A stretch of DNA of 64,000 nt from the NCBI GenBank assembly GCA_964016885.1, contig OZ024745.1:17732001-17796000 (forward strand), given 5' to 3'. Below, piece by piece: positions 12,816 through 26,241 of the stretch. Below the pieces are notes generated by a model. It saw only the letters and a list, made by a program, of their open reading frames with translations, was not told the origin of the DNA and did not search any database. Numbering within the stretch: position 1 is the first letter of the stretch; each line of letters opens with the position of its first letter. The stretch comes from Eledone cirrhosa (taxonomy: Eukaryota). A program made the translations under genes and the position numbers.

Positions 12816-14627
12816 GTGCGAAGAACTGAACTACCTGTTAGATTAATCGCCCCCTCTAAATCTGATCTGGGGGTTGTTAGTAAAGCCATCTTGGATAGAA
12901 TTATCCAACAGGTTCGTTCTAATTGCTCTTCTTTGAACCTAAATGTATGGTTTGGTACTTCTGAAGTGATTGGCTGGTTCAATAAATTGGATAATAAAAA
13001 CAAACTAAAATGTATTCAATTTGATTTTGCCAGCTACTATTCCTCCATTTCGCCTTCACTTCTCAATAATGCTCTATCTTTCGCACTTAAATATTCTGAC
13101 ATCACCACAGATGAACTTCACATCATCCTCACCGCACGTAAAACCATCCTAGAGTTCAACAACGAATATTGGACCAGAGCCGATACCTCTAACAACTTCG
13201 ACATCACAATGGGAGCATCCGATTCATCCCAATTGACTGATTTAATTGGTATCTTTATTTTGAACTCTTTGAGTCGGAAAATTCCTCAATTTCGCGGTGG
13301 AATTTATCGTGACGATGGACTCTATACTATCTTAAATTGCAATATAGTTAACCTCAATATTAAGAACAATATACGTAATCTCTTTAACCAACATAACCTA
13401 AAAATTGAATTTGATAACAGTATCAAACTAGCTAATTTCTTGGATGTATCTCTTAATCTTGACACTGGCCTATATTACCCTTACCATAAAAACAATGAGA
13501 ACCTAAATTATGTTAACTTTAAATCTAACCATCCTACCAATATCAAGAATGCTATAGTTAGTAATATTGGAAAAAGAATATCTAACATATCTTCTAATAA
13601 AAACATCTTTGATGCTAACGCCAATTACTATAATAACGCACTTTCTAAAGCCGGCTATCCTGATAAAATCAAATATAGTAAAGAAACAAATTCTAGAAAA
13701 ACTTACAGTAGAATAATTAATCATGATCATTCCAATAACTTTAATAAAAGACCTAGATACAAAAACATAATCTGATATAATGGTCCTTTCTCCATCTCTA
13801 TTAATAACAATATTCCTAAATTATTCTTTAGTGCTTTAAATAAATGCTTCCCTCCCTCACATATCTATAGTAAAATATTTAACAAACACACCATAAAATT
13901 TTCTTATTTTACATCCTCCAATATTTCCAACATTATCTCTAAACACAACAATAAAATACTAAATACTAAATCTCTTCCTTCCAACACTGAATTTCATAAT
14001 AACAGTAATAGTACTCCCGACGTCATTGTAAACCCTAGGCTAATTTCTGTAAACCCAAATACAACGTCAAACACAACTTCGCTAAATGTTCATAATCCAA
14101 CTCTAAATCAAGAAACTATTATTCCCATCGCAAACAACTTCTCCAATCCAATTCCTTCTATAGATAACACTAGGTCACTCATTAATAATCTCTCTAATTG
14201 CAACTGCCCTATTAAAAATAAATGTTCTCTCAACAACCATTGTCTTGATAAAAACTTAATTTATGAATGTAAAGTTATAACTAACACCAATTCCTTCACC
14301 TATTTTGGCTCCACTTCCACCTCTTTTAAAGCTCGTCTCTATAATCATCATTCATCTTTTAAATACAAACTTAAAAGAACCAACACGGCTCTCTCAGAAC
14401 TCATATGGTCCTTGAAAGACAAAAACATTACATATACTATCTTTTGGATGAAGGTTTCTTCTGCGTCTTCATACTTGAACAGCTCTCTATCTAAAATCTG
14501 TAATCTCTGCCTAAATGAAAAATTTACCATTATCTCTAATCTAGATTCTATAATAAATAGACAAACAGATTTGTTTTCTATCTGCTTGCATAAGTTCCAT
14601 AAGACATTTCACAAAGTATACAGCTAA
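12816..14627 (+). pseudogene. PLE reverse transcriptase + GIY-YIG endonuclease (one in-frame stop at 13773-13775)
   Basis: RLIAPSKS, FDITMGASDS, GIYRDDG, NFLDVSLNL, SNHP; after the TGA the same frame continues through CNCPIKNKC..C, LIYEC, YFGST, RLYNH, CNLCLNEK, CLH. Confidence 0.92.
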
Positions 14628-15440
14628 TATTCAATTCTTTATCAATTTAGAGTCTATTCTCAAAGGCACATATACATACACCTCTTTTAAAATATACCCA
14701 TCTTCCTACCTTACTTCAAAGGGTATTATACACTCTATAATACTTGTTTACTCATTACCCTTACTCTATCTTCACCTTATAAAATCCTTCGTAACATATA
14801 CATTTGTTTTGACGCCAGATTATTCATCCTTAATTTATTATTTTTTTCTCCCCATCATCTAACTCATTCTTAATACATATTAACTCTTCCTTCGCACATA
14901 TTATCAATTCCTTCAATATACAAACCTTAATTTCACATTATTTTTCTCAAATCCTTCAATACACAAACCTTAATCATTTTTTCTCTTCGTTAATTTTCAA
15001 ATTTCCATAATACTTGTAAACATACACACATTTTTTTGACGTTAGAATATTCATCCGCAATTCATTATTCTATTCTCTCTATCATCAAACTTTTTAATCT
15101 CAATGCATATTAACTCCCTCTCCTTCTTCGTACATATTTTTCCCTTCGTCAATTTTCAAATTCTTTTAATTTATACATTATCTTCCAACGGTTTTCAACC
15201 ACTCTATGTAAAACAATATATCTTTTCTCAGTTATAAAAACTATCTCTTTCTCTCTATCACCCATCTCTCCCTCTCCACCTTCACTCTCATCTCCTCCCC
15301 CTTTTTTCATCCTTTCCACCCCCCTCTCTAAATAAAATATTTTTCCCAATATCACACATCAATCTAAAACTACTTCTCATATGTTGATTTAAAACTGCAC
15401 TATCCACAAGTGTTTTTTAGCCTTCATATCATGTCCTCCT

Positions 15441-15510
15441 GTTTTATCTGATGAAAACACAAATATTATTGCATGATGATGTTTGTTTTTGAAATGCGCA
15501 TAAAAAAATA
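15441..15510 (+). ncRNA. Type I hammerhead ribozyme in PLE pLTR
   Basis: TTTTAT-CTGATGA-AAACACAAATATTAT..ATGATGTTTGTTTTT-GAAA-TGCGCA(palindrome)-TA-AAAAAA. Confidence 0.8.
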
Positions 15511-15538
15511 CATGGAACTCCTTTAACCATCTTTTGAT

Positions 15539-15613
<75 letters not shown>

Positions 15614-15615
<2 letters not shown>

Positions 15616-15673
15616 CAAGGGCGGTGCCCCAGCATGGCCTCAGCCGGTTGGCTGAAACAGGTAAATGAGTAAA
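15614..15673 (+). mobile_element. 60-bp 3' tail of the CR1-group LINE family
   Basis: Near-identical to the reverse complement of ~3100-3159 (AACAAGGGCGGTGCCCCAGCATGGCCTCAGCC...GCTGAAACAGGTAAA). Confidence 0.85.
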
Positions 15674-15741
15674 TATATGTCCCAAGGCTCTGATACCATC
15701 AACACTATAAACACAGAGCTGGCATATCTAAGAACTGACTA

Positions 15742-15797
15742 ACTGCCTGATGAGGTCATAGCCATTCAATGGGTATCATCGAAATATATATAGCAGT
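15742..15797 (+). ncRNA. Type I hammerhead ribozyme (solo pLTR remnant)
   Basis: ACTGC-CTGATGA-G..ATAGCCATTCAATGGGTAT..-GAAA-TATATA-TA-GCAGT; stem I ACTGC/GCAGT perfect. Confidence 0.8.
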
Positions 15798-17632
15798 AAA
15801 TAAAGGATTATGAGTTCATGCAATTGACTTATGTTTCGTCACTATATATATATATGTGTGTGTATGTACTTGTATGTATATATATATATATATATGGGGG
15901 GGGGGGTTGCGCGCGTTTCCTGTCTGTGTACGCTTCCTCATAAGCGGACAGAAAATATTGTTTATATGTATTTTGGGGTTTACGTAAGTGTGCAAATTGA
16001 TTTGTGGTATAATCTTGCCATCTTAAATAAGTTAATTTAAAATTATATTTCATTTTAATTGTTTTCTGGGGAATTACGGTGCTGTGTATTGGCGGTAATA
16101 CAATCTTAATACCCGTTAGACAAACTCTATTTACAGATGCCGATATTCTCACGTGTTGTTTTGAATGTGTGCTTTAAGTTATAAGTGATAAGGATTATGA
16201 TGAATGTATAACATTAATAGAATTATAATCAGATAATGCCGCACTTATTTTGTGACGGATATTGGATTTTCCAGGACAAATGCAATTTTCTATAGCTTTG
16301 TTTGACCAACGACCTAATATTTGAGACAAATAAAATATTTCAAAATGTTTATCAGATCAACAAATAATATGCAATCAAATAACATGAGTGATGTTTGCAT
16401 TTCAAATATATTGTTTACATATGTACAATGTTTGCTCTGCATCCTTTGTGTCCTTGATAAAAGTCGTGACGCATTGTTTGTGTAGACGCCATTCTCTAGT
16501 ATTCAAACGTATTGAATATGGAATTGCAATATTCATAATAATAATACATGGTTTGTGTAATGTTATTGGGGTGCATATATATGACGTCTGTGAATAGAGT
16601 GTGAAGAACTATGATAAGGAATGGGGCGATACGTAAATAGAAAAAAGAAATGTATATATTGTTCATTACAAAATTTAAATTACTATATTGTTTATTGATA
16701 TAGAATTTGAATTATTATAGAATAATTCTAGAATCTTCGGAATGTCATTGATATTTGAACGTCTGTCATCTGTATCTCTATCGTTATGCAATATATTGAA
16801 GGGTGCCGATAAAAAATCATCCAATACATGAGAGAAAATACGAATCCGCTAATAGTCTAAATTGCATTAGAGTTGCAAGCATTTGGAGTCCTTACAGTTG
16901 CAAGCCTTTAGGAAATATTTTATTATTAAATTACAATATTCAGATAACGTCTTAGGAGGCTCTTGGGATAGACACAATCAAAGATATACACTTATGCCAA
17001 GGCTGAATCTATGATTTTGCCGATGTTCTCAACATCAAAATGAAACATTATGTGTGTCGTTATATGTGGAATTATAGAAAGCATAATACTGATAATTAAG
17101 AAGGGAAGAATACAAGAAATCCACATGATTTAGATTCAGGCAAAGGTGTATACAGATATGTATAGTAATTTCCTATTTCTAAAGAAACACGGTATGTTTA
17201 TAGATAGACATTTAGAAAGCCGTAGCTATGTAAGAAACACCGGGTCTAACGACCTCTGGTGGTGTCCAGCAGAAGCAAGGGGGACATCGTTGATGCATTT
17301 TAAACTTAACTGGTCCTCATCAGGACGATTCCACCCATACTTGCGACCGCTGGACTTGAAAACTGTCGAGAATATATAGTTTTCTCGTCTGTGTAAATGA
17401 GGTGATTAATCTCATTTGCATATGTCAATTGTAGAGTTTGTTGTAATTGTAGAGACAAAATAACCTAACGCATTTGATATTACAGACGATTCTGTTGTAG
17501 AAAACAGACTTAGAATTGTATATTAACAACAAAGGTATATATAGTCAGAGAAAGGATGCCTTCGTAGGCAGGTGATAAAGATATTGAGAACGCTTCAATA
17601 TTTGTTGGTACAGTTTGTTCAATATTATAAAC

Positions 17633-17820
17633 AGTGAATTGGCAGTATCGGCAGAGGGTCGGACGCCATGCTTTGACGCATAGAGTTACGGCCCTTGCCA
17701 TTCTGAGTTCAAATCCCGCCGAGGTTAACTTTGCCTTTCATCCTTACAGGGTCGATAGAATAAAGTACCAGTAATACACTGGGTAATTGCTGGCCTTGTG
17801 CCAACAGTAGAAACAATTAG
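17633..17820 (+). mobile_element. OK-like SINE
   Basis: Colinear with 8523-8710. Confidence 0.88.
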
Positions 17821-18264
17821 AAACAATTCAGAATCTATATTACTCTTTGTTGGCACACTTACCTAGAAACACAATTCTAAGTTGCACAAAGCCAAAACAT
17901 ACTCTTGTGGATCAGATGGTAGTACAGATCCTGTTTTAGACTGTGAATTTAAGAACTTAATGAACACAGATTTTGCACAATTAATGGAGGAAAGAGGAGT
18001 TTGAAAATACATCCTTCAAAATTCATTGTTTTAATAACGTTATTCTTAACGTTAATGAACCGGGGCAGTAAATACGTTTCACTCTACATGTATCATTTAT
18101 GAACAGAGGGAAACTGATTATGGCAAGCTTTTCGTTGTATGTTTCCAAACAGTGTATATAAAAAAGCACTTTAAATTAGATATTATTGTAATTATATGTT
18201 TATTATAGTCTATTCTAAACTCTATTTTATATGTGTCTGAAACATTTCATTTGCAATATAATAA

Positions 18265-18355
18265 CTGTTTCTTCTTTTGGCACACAAGGCCAGCAATTAC
18301 CCCAGTGCGTTACTGTTACTTTATTTTATCGACACCGTATGGATGAACGGCAATG
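18265..18355 (-). mobile_element. OK-like SINE 3' fragment
   Basis: Reverse complement of the SINE 3' half. Confidence 0.75.
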
Positions 18356-20049
18356 TTATTGCAATATAATAACGTTAGGTTAACGTGGTATTGGTACAAA
18401 CGTGTGATAATATCTTGGAGATAAATATAGGATATACTTATTGTATTGGAAATTGAGTATGTGGGTTTTATTCTAAAGTATTCCCTTTGAGACGCAATTA
18501 AAACATCCTCATTAGCACAGAAGCCAATTATTTCATTTGCAAAATGCCAGAATCAAATTTTGTCAAGTTCAGATAACATTATCATGCCGACCATGGACAA
18601 CTAAATTCTCGTGGAATTCCCTCTACAAAGAACTGCAATTTAGACACCTGATACGTAAATAAAATTAATCCTAATGTAATTTTACCTTAATCTTTTGATT
18701 GGTTGCTCTTCAGATATGAAAATATAAATAATTGATAGTATATGATTATTGTTATAATAGGGTGTAGGAGTTATAGCAATCATCTCCAAACAGTCTAAAG
18801 TTGTGAATAATTCACTAATTCTGAAGGAAGATAGAAATTTCTAAGCAAGTTGAAATCGAAATTCAGTACGTATAAAAAACATATTGATGGAGGAATAATC
18901 TGATCAAGTGAGCAAGCAATGTTGAGGCATAAAACATGAGTGTAGATGTCAAGAAAGAGAAAAACATTAGGGGATATCAGAGCCAGAGAAAAGAGTCATA
19001 GTAGTAACGAAAAATATAGGCTTATATAGATAAGTTCTTGAAAGTATTTCTGTCTAATACCGACAAATCTGTTTGCTTAATTAACAATCAAACTCTCTCT
19101 TAATGCATCTCTCTATGTAGCTAGTTATATAGCTACCACCATATCAATTTATCTACTTAACTATCTATCTATTTCTCTATATACGTACATGTCTACATGC
19201 TACCTCATTAACTATTTGTCTCACTGCCTCACTGCAAACTATATTTACCTATCTATGTATATTTACCATTTATCTACAGTTGAACAAGAATAGCACTAAC
19301 ATAACAATAGTAATTTGAAGATAGGGACAGAGACATGGGGGACATTCAGAAACACAGGTTGACATATAGGAAGAAAACTGTTATCATATTTCTGTGTACT
19401 TGTGTTTGAGAACGATTAAAGAAAATATGGGGGGAAATAATTGTAATCGATTTAAATCAATGAGCGATAATATGCGGTGATTGCCGAATTCCCAAGGGAG
19501 AGAATAAGCTGTATATAATGCAAGATATAATGATACCATTAATAAATATCACACTCAGCAATAGACAACAGAATTACCTAACCAACTAAAGGCTTACAAA
19601 ACATGCATGTCGTACCCATGTAATTTATGCAATTATGAACCAGACAAATTACTCATCACGTTTACAACCACCTCATATAAAAACATCAACGAAATTCTAA
19701 CACATGGAAGATATATTATACAAGTTTGCTCGAATGTAAATGACTATAGATCCTAATACAGATTCAAAGATTTGTGAGTGGAGACGTTAGCAAAACTCCA
19801 GATTATAAAGATGTTAAAGGAAAACGAACCCCACTGACAAACATCAATTGTATCTAATAACAAGGATTTACCATCCTCGAATGACAATCAAATTCTAAGC
19901 ATGACAAACGATGAAATAGTTTTGAAAAAAATTAAGTCAGATGTATTTCGGATTTGCTATCGAAGTATTAGAAACGGAATTCTCTATAAACGTGTCAACA
20001 TTAGTATACTGAATTACTGAGTATAAGGGCTTTACTGGTTTTAACATGC

Positions 20050-20129
<80 letters not shown>

Positions 20130-20316
20130 TCTGTATATACATATATATATGTATGTGTATGTGTATGTATGTATGTATGTGTGTGTGTGTGTTGTATACA
20201 TGTAGGTGTATGCTACGTATGTATGTATATATCTATATTGAATCTATATGGGTATACATGCGTGTGTGTATAAGCGTATATATGTGAGTAGAACAGTCTA
20301 TATATGCATGTATATG

Positions 20317-20394
<78 letters not shown>

Positions 20395-20396
<2 letters not shown>

Positions 20397-22035
20397 GGAA
20401 AAATTTGAACAGGAACAAAACAGAGAGGCAGTACAACGAATGTTTATTAATTTCACGCTCTGGAGAGTGAGTGGTGGTGGGGAACGACGTTTCGGGCATA
20501 AGCCCCTCCTCAGGTGAGAAGTGTGTGGGAACAGAGTTCAAAGGGTATGTAGGGGAGTGGTGGAGAGACATATAGCGAAAGGAAACGGTGCGAATGAAAT
20601 TATAAATAAAAATAAAAATAAAGCATGATCAAAATACAAGGAATGAAATAAAATGAAATATAAAAGCATGATCAAAATAAACTGAAATTAAAAAGGGGTA
20701 AAACAGGTGGTGGAAGGGTGTGGGGTGTGTAGGGGTGGTGGCGGGTGACGGGGCGAGGGAGACGGGGTGTCCGAGCGGGGAGGGCTGAAGGTGGTGTGTG
20801 TGTGTGTGTGTGTATGTGAAAGTAAGGGTTGGGGGAAGAACCGAGTTGCTGTTCAGGAAGAGGTGTGTGTGGGGGGGGCTGTAGGTTGGAGTGTCTGTGC
20901 GTGTGTGGATAGAGGGGTGGGGGGAGAGGAATCAGGAGGGTGAGGGTGTAAATATGTGGTGGAAAGCACGTGTGTGTGGGGTTTAAGCGTGTTGTGGGTG
21001 TAGGTGGCGTGTGGAGAAAAAAATTTGTTTGGGTGTGTGTGTGGGTGAGGTATATAGGTGATTTCGTAAGCGGATGGTTGAAAAGTTGGTAAATTCCTAT
21101 GATCTTTAGTGGATTCCGTGGTGGTCAAGTTCCACATACGAGTATTCCATGAAGAGATGGTCAGAAGAGGAGAGATGTGGGGTGCGAGCGCAACAGGAAG
21201 TGGTCAAGCAGTGGGAGTGCTGTGTGTCTGTTTGTGCTGGGAGGTGGTCAGAGGGCATAGCAGCAGTCGGTGGAATGGTAAAGGGGCGAGGATGGGTAGG
21301 TGTGAAAGTTGGAGTGAGGAGGGTGTGTGTGTGTATTAGTAGAGGTGTTAGTGGGATGAGTGAGTGTGGAGCGAGGGTGTGGGTGGAGCGGGGAGAGAAG
21401 GGTGTGTGTAGTTCTATGGAGGGAGTGTGGTGCACTGGTGTGTGTGTAGTTTGATGAAGGGGGTGTTAGTGGGTGTTAGTATACGGGAGGTGGGGAAGGG
21501 TTGAATGCATGTGTGAGTGGGGGTTAGTGGTGGTAGGGTGTGTAGAGTTGGTGGTGTACGAGGGTGTGTGGGTACGTGTGTGTGGGTTGGGGGGTGTTAG
21601 TGATGTTAGTTGCGTGTGGGGTGGGTGGTGTAAGTGGGTGCGTGTGTTCGTGTGCTTGGGGTCAGGGGGTGTTAGTGAGGTTAGTTGCGGGGTGGTAGGA
21701 TGGAGGTGTGGGGGCGAGGGTTAGTGGTGGTAGTAGGGTGTGTGTTTTTAGTGTGAGCGCGTGTATATATGTGCCGGTGGGTGTGTGCGTGTGATAAGGA
21801 GGGGGGAGGAGGAGAAGAAGGGAGGGATGTTAGTATGTTAGTTGGGGAAGGGTGGTCGGATGAGGGGTGGAGTGGAGGTGTTAGTATTGTTAGATGTGGG
21901 GTGGGCGGTGAAAAGGAGGGGTGTGTTAGTGGTGTTAGTGGGAGATAAGTGTGTGGGGGGGGGGCGGTCGAAGGCTAAAGGAATAAGGGTGGGGAGTTCA
22001 TGCCGGGGGAGTGTGGGTCTGTAAGATGAAAATAG
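20395..22035 (-). mobile_element. Probable PLE 3' remnant with long G/T-skewed low-complexity body
   Basis: Begins at (TA)n; HHR core on the minus strand at 20481-20518 (CTGAGGA-G-GGGC/TTAT/GCCC-GAAA-CG-TC); strong strand skew. Confidence 0.5.
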
Positions 22036-22044
22036 TTCTTATAT

Positions 22045-22830
22045 ATATATTTATTAAAATAACAGATTAAAGTTTAAGCAAAGAATCGCTGCTTTCACCC
22101 TTAACGGGATCTTCTTAAACTAACAAAGTCAATCTGTAAATGCAGAACTGGATATTTCCATAAACGTTGCAACCGGAGGAAGACAGGAAAACGATACTTT
22201 GGTTCGTGGAAACTTTCGGTGGCTAAGAACGGGAAAAAACGAATATAATACGTCATTAATAGGAGCGGTGTAAAAAGATTACGCGCAAAGACAGAACCAC
22301 GTGTATGGTATAAAAGAGGTCGTAGACTAATGTTCTCTTAGGTGGTGCATAGAGACGTTCTCTGGCAATGAACGAAAAAAACGAAGATAGTACGTCATAT
22401 GTGGTGCGTGGAGAACAATAGCACGCAAAGACAAAACCACGTAAATGGTATAGCAGAAGTCGTAGACTAAATTCTAACTAGGAGACCGAATGAATCTCGC
22501 TACAGAGTTAAGAACAAAGTAAATAAATACAATACAGAAGTATAGAAATAAATAAATACATACACGCAAACAAATACGTACATACACAAGCATACGCAAA
22601 AACTTACCATAGGTAAACAAAACCACGCACATATAAATATGTGTGTGTGTGTAAGCGTGTATACGTCTCCGAACATTCGTGTATTTACATGTAGGTATGT
22701 GTGTGCGCTTGTTATATACGTATTTATTTATTTATATACGTTTATATAATTATTTATTTATTTGTATACACGCTTACACACACACACATATTTATATGTG
22801 CGTGGTTTTGTTTACCTATGGTAAGTTTTG
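22045..22830 (-). mobile_element. Family C HHR element with internal inversion
   Basis: 22045-22660 colinear with 27035-27650; 22665-22830 is the reverse complement of ~27585-27750; HHR at 22071-22121 with core mutated to AAGAAGA. Confidence 0.8.
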
Positions 22831-23243
22831 GATTAGATTGATTCAATATCAGAGCTATATTATACATCATAAAGAAAGAAGAAACATTAGATATAAATAA
22901 AAAGATATAATAAACTTAAATTCCTTCATTATCCACGACTACGTAGTTTCGTGGCTATTATGCAAAAACATTATATCATAGAGATGCAGTATTTTTGTGA
23001 GGTTTGCCGACTTATCAAGAGGGTACCCCATTTAGAGTTTCAAAACACGTCCGTAGGACGCGATCTAGAATCCCGAAAGGCGGAGGAGGAACTTATCACA
23101 TGATACAGCGGTCAAGAAACAGAGCTAAGCCTTTTACAACCAAGAGAAAAATACCACAAAAGGCGGAGGGGGTATTTATGTCAAGGCCGTAGAAGAGTTG
23201 CCTAGGAGTGCGAGAAGCGTGATTAGTGTGAGCTTAACAGCAG

Positions 23244-23318
<75 letters not shown>

Positions 23319-23528
23319 ACATATAAATATATATGTCTGTGTGAGTGTTTGTGTGTGTGTGTATATATATATATATACACACAGACAAACACACACACAC
23401 ACACATAGATAAACGTAATGAAGGCTTAACAAAACGTCCTTGGATTGTTATATTATTAAATTACATTCTGTCTAGCTCTACACCTCGCCACTGACGTGAA
23501 CCTACAGTAATTTCACGTTACACTCCCT

Positions 23529-23574
<46 letters not shown>

Positions 23575-23637
23575 GAAGTATTTCCGGAGGAAAGGTACAG
23601 GAAATGAGAGGGATCTATGTAGGCTACAGAGCATATT

Positions 23638-23802
23638 AGTTATGTAATAAACAACATAAGATAAATATTTCATTCACCAGTGCTTTCTTGAAGCCAGATA
23701 TTTATATCTGTCTTCTGACGACTGGAGACAGATATAAATATCGGCCTCCAAGAAACCACTGGTAAATGAAATAATGATATTGTGTTGTTTATTACATAAC
23801 TA
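23638..23802. repeat. Imperfect fold-back with HHR core in the right arm
   Basis: Arms ~23638-23713 and ~23726-23802; CTGACGA-TGGAG..CTCCA-GAAA-CCACTGG-TA at 23715-23764. Confidence 0.65.
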
Positions 23803-23926
23803 TATATAATAATAATGATACTATTTATAGTTATGCATGTACTATAAACAACTACAAAAAGGAAAGGTCAGTAATATATTACTACCTTATTACCAAGAGG
23901 TTAATTATATGTACAAACATTGGTAA

Positions 23927-23973
23927 TGCTCCGATGACACCAAACAGAAGTTTGTAATAAACGATTGTCAGCA
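23927..23973 (+). ncRNA. Degenerate hammerhead ribozyme
   Basis: TGCT-CCGATGA-..CAAAC/AGAA/GTTTG..-TAAA-CGATTG-TC-AGCA; stems retained, core mutated. Confidence 0.5.
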
Positions 23974-24017
23974 ATAAAATGATTGGAACATAACTTTGAT
24001 AATTGTGTAATATGTAC

Positions 24018-24145
<128 letters not shown>

Positions 24146-24165
24146 TTATTAAAATAACAGATTAA

Positions 24166-24216
24166 AGTTTAAGCAAAGAATCGCTGCTTTCACCCTTAAC
24201 GGGATCTTCTGTAACT
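24166..24216 (-). ncRNA. Family C hammerhead ribozyme (CAGAAGA core)
   Basis: Reverse complement AGTTA-CAGAAGA-TCCC/GTTAA/GGGT-GAAA-GCA..TGC-TT-AAACT. Confidence 0.65.
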
Positions 24217-24310
24217 CAAATAAATATTTGCTCTACGGTTCTTATATATTTGATATATATTTTTCCTTATCGAGCCCTCTTTGGATTTTAGTCTTCAAAT
24301 TTATTATTAT

Positions 24311-24362
<52 letters not shown>

Positions 24363-24412
24363 CGTAAAATAAGAAAATTTTTAAAAAACTAACTTACTTA
24401 CTTAAATTTTCA

Positions 24413-24492
24413 CTCCAACTAATTAGTTTCTGCAATGGGATAAAGACAGTTATGTAATGAACTGTTGAGAATTTCATTGCGTCATCAGGGAG
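24413..24492 (-). ncRNA. Family A hammerhead ribozyme
   Basis: Reverse complement of the 25610-25689 motif. Confidence 0.8.
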
Positions 24493-24964
24493 ATCTATTC
24501 TCAGCCAAGTCTCCAGGCAATGCGCGGACACTGGGGACTCATATAAAAATAATAATAATTCGGTAAATGGAACAGCTATCGAGGACTGGGTTCCAGGCAC
24601 TGAAAATTCTCACTGCCACTGGTCATATGGCCGATTCTAAAGAATCAATCACGTGACACAGAGGCTAGTCAGTAGGAATGGGATGGTAAAATGACAGACG
24701 CCTACTAAAACCCCCAAAAAATTTAGAAGTGGTTTTAGCAGGTTTGCTCGACAAGTCAGTGATTTGGAGATAAATATAGATAATTTAATATATCTACTAA
24801 CATAAGCGCACAGATGTACGCTAATGCCAGCAAATACACAGGTTATGTCATAGTACCTAGGTGGTTCAATGCAGGAGGATGCAGAACAATAATATAAAAG
24901 ACGTAAAATAAGAAAATAAAAAAAAAAAATTAAAAAGAAATTAACTTACTTACTTAAACTTTCA

Positions 24965-25044
24965 CTCCAACTAATTAGTTTCTGCAATGGGATAAAGACA
25001 GTTACGTAATGAACTGTTGAGAATTTCATTGCGTCATCAGGGAG
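24965..25044 (-). ncRNA. Family A hammerhead ribozyme
   Basis: Reverse complement of the 25610-25689 motif. Confidence 0.8.
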
Positions 25045-25609
25045 ATCTATTCTCAACCAAGTCTCCAGGCAATGCGCGGACACTGGGGACTCATATAAAA
25101 ATAATAATAATTCGGTAAATGGAACAGCTATCGAGGACTGGGTTCCAGGCACTGAAAATTCTCACTGCCACTGGTCATATGGCCGATTCTAAAGAATCAA
25201 TCACGTGACACAGAGGCTAGTCAGTAGGAATGGGATGGTAAGATGACAGACGCCTACTAACACGCCTAAAAAATTTAGAAGTGGTTTTGGCAGGTTTGCT
25301 CGACAAATCAGTGATTTGGAGATAAATATAGATAATTTAATATATTTACTAACATAAGCGCACAGATGTACGCTAATGCCAGCAAATACACAGGTTATGT
25401 CATAGTACCTAGGTGGTTCAATGCAGGAGGATGCAGAACAATAATATAAAAGACGTAAAATAAGAAAAATTTAAAATGACCAGTGGCAGTGAGAATTTTC
25501 AGTGCCTGGAACCCAGTCCTCGATAGCTGTTCCATTTACCGAATTATTATTATTTTTATATGAGTCCCCAGTATCCGCGCATTGCCTGGAGACTTGGCTG
25601 AGAATAGAT

Positions 25610-25689
25610 CTCCCTGATGACGCAATGAAATTCTCAACAGTTCATTACGTAACTGTCTTTATCCCATTGCAGAAACTAATTAGTTGGAG
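25610..25689 (+). ncRNA. Family A hammerhead ribozyme (type I, large loop II)
   Basis: CTCC-CTGATGA-C-GCAATG..(37 nt)..CATTGC-A-GAAA-CTAATTAG-TT-GGAG. Confidence 0.82.
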
Positions 25690-26161
25690 TGAAAGTTTAA
25701 GTAAGTAAGTTAATTGTTTTTTTATTTTTTTTTTTTATTTTCTTATTTTACGTCTTTTATATTATTGTTCTGCATCCTCCTGCATTGAACCACCTAGGTA
25801 CTATGACATAACCTGTGTATTTGCTGGCATTAGCGTACATCTGTGCGCTTATGTTAGTAGATATTTTAAATTATCTATATTTATCTCCAAATCACTGATT
25901 TGTCGAGCAAACCTGCCAAAACCACTTCTAAATTTTTTGGGGGTGTTAGTAGGCGTCTGTCATCTTACCATCCCATTCCTACTGACTAGCCTCTGTGTCA
26001 CGTGATTGATTCTTTAGAATCGGCCATATGACCAGTGGCAGTGAGAATTTTCAGTGCCTGGAACCCAGTCCTCGATAGCTGTACCATTTACCGAATTATT
26101 ATTATTTTAATATGAGTCCCCAGTGTCCGCGCATTGCCTGGAGACTTGGCTAAGAATAGAT

Positions 26162-26241
26162 CTCCCTGATGACGCAATGAAATTCTCAACAGTTCATTAC
26201 GTAACTGTCTTTATCCCATTGCAGAAACTAATTAGTTGGAG
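26162..26241 (+). ncRNA. Family A hammerhead ribozyme
   Basis: Same motif, 552 bp downstream. Confidence 0.82.

Larger units (their letters stand above)
12170..15543 (+). mobile_element. Penelope-like element (Naiad-type), 5'-truncated, with inverted pLTR copy at the 5' end
   Basis: RT-GIY-YIG frame; 12170-12823 is the reverse complement of 14890-15543; ends in (TA)n; HHR in the repeated segment. Confidence 0.93.

Noticed and set aside
13773-13775. In-frame TGA in the Naiad-type ORF as a selenocysteine codon (some Naiads are reported to encode selenoproteins)
   Set aside because: It aligns with conserved Trp (NII*YNGPFS versus NIIWFSPPFS in the second element), so it is a TGG>TGA nonsense change; the Cys positions are ordinary Cys codons
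12170-15543. DNA transposon with long terminal inverted repeats
   Set aside because: The enclosed ORF is RT + GIY-YIG with no transposase, and the left repeat truncates the RT, as expected of a PLE inversion
17280-17330. Minus-strand CTGATGA-GGAC...GTCC hairpin as an HHR
   Set aside because: No GAAA after the stem and no stem I/III
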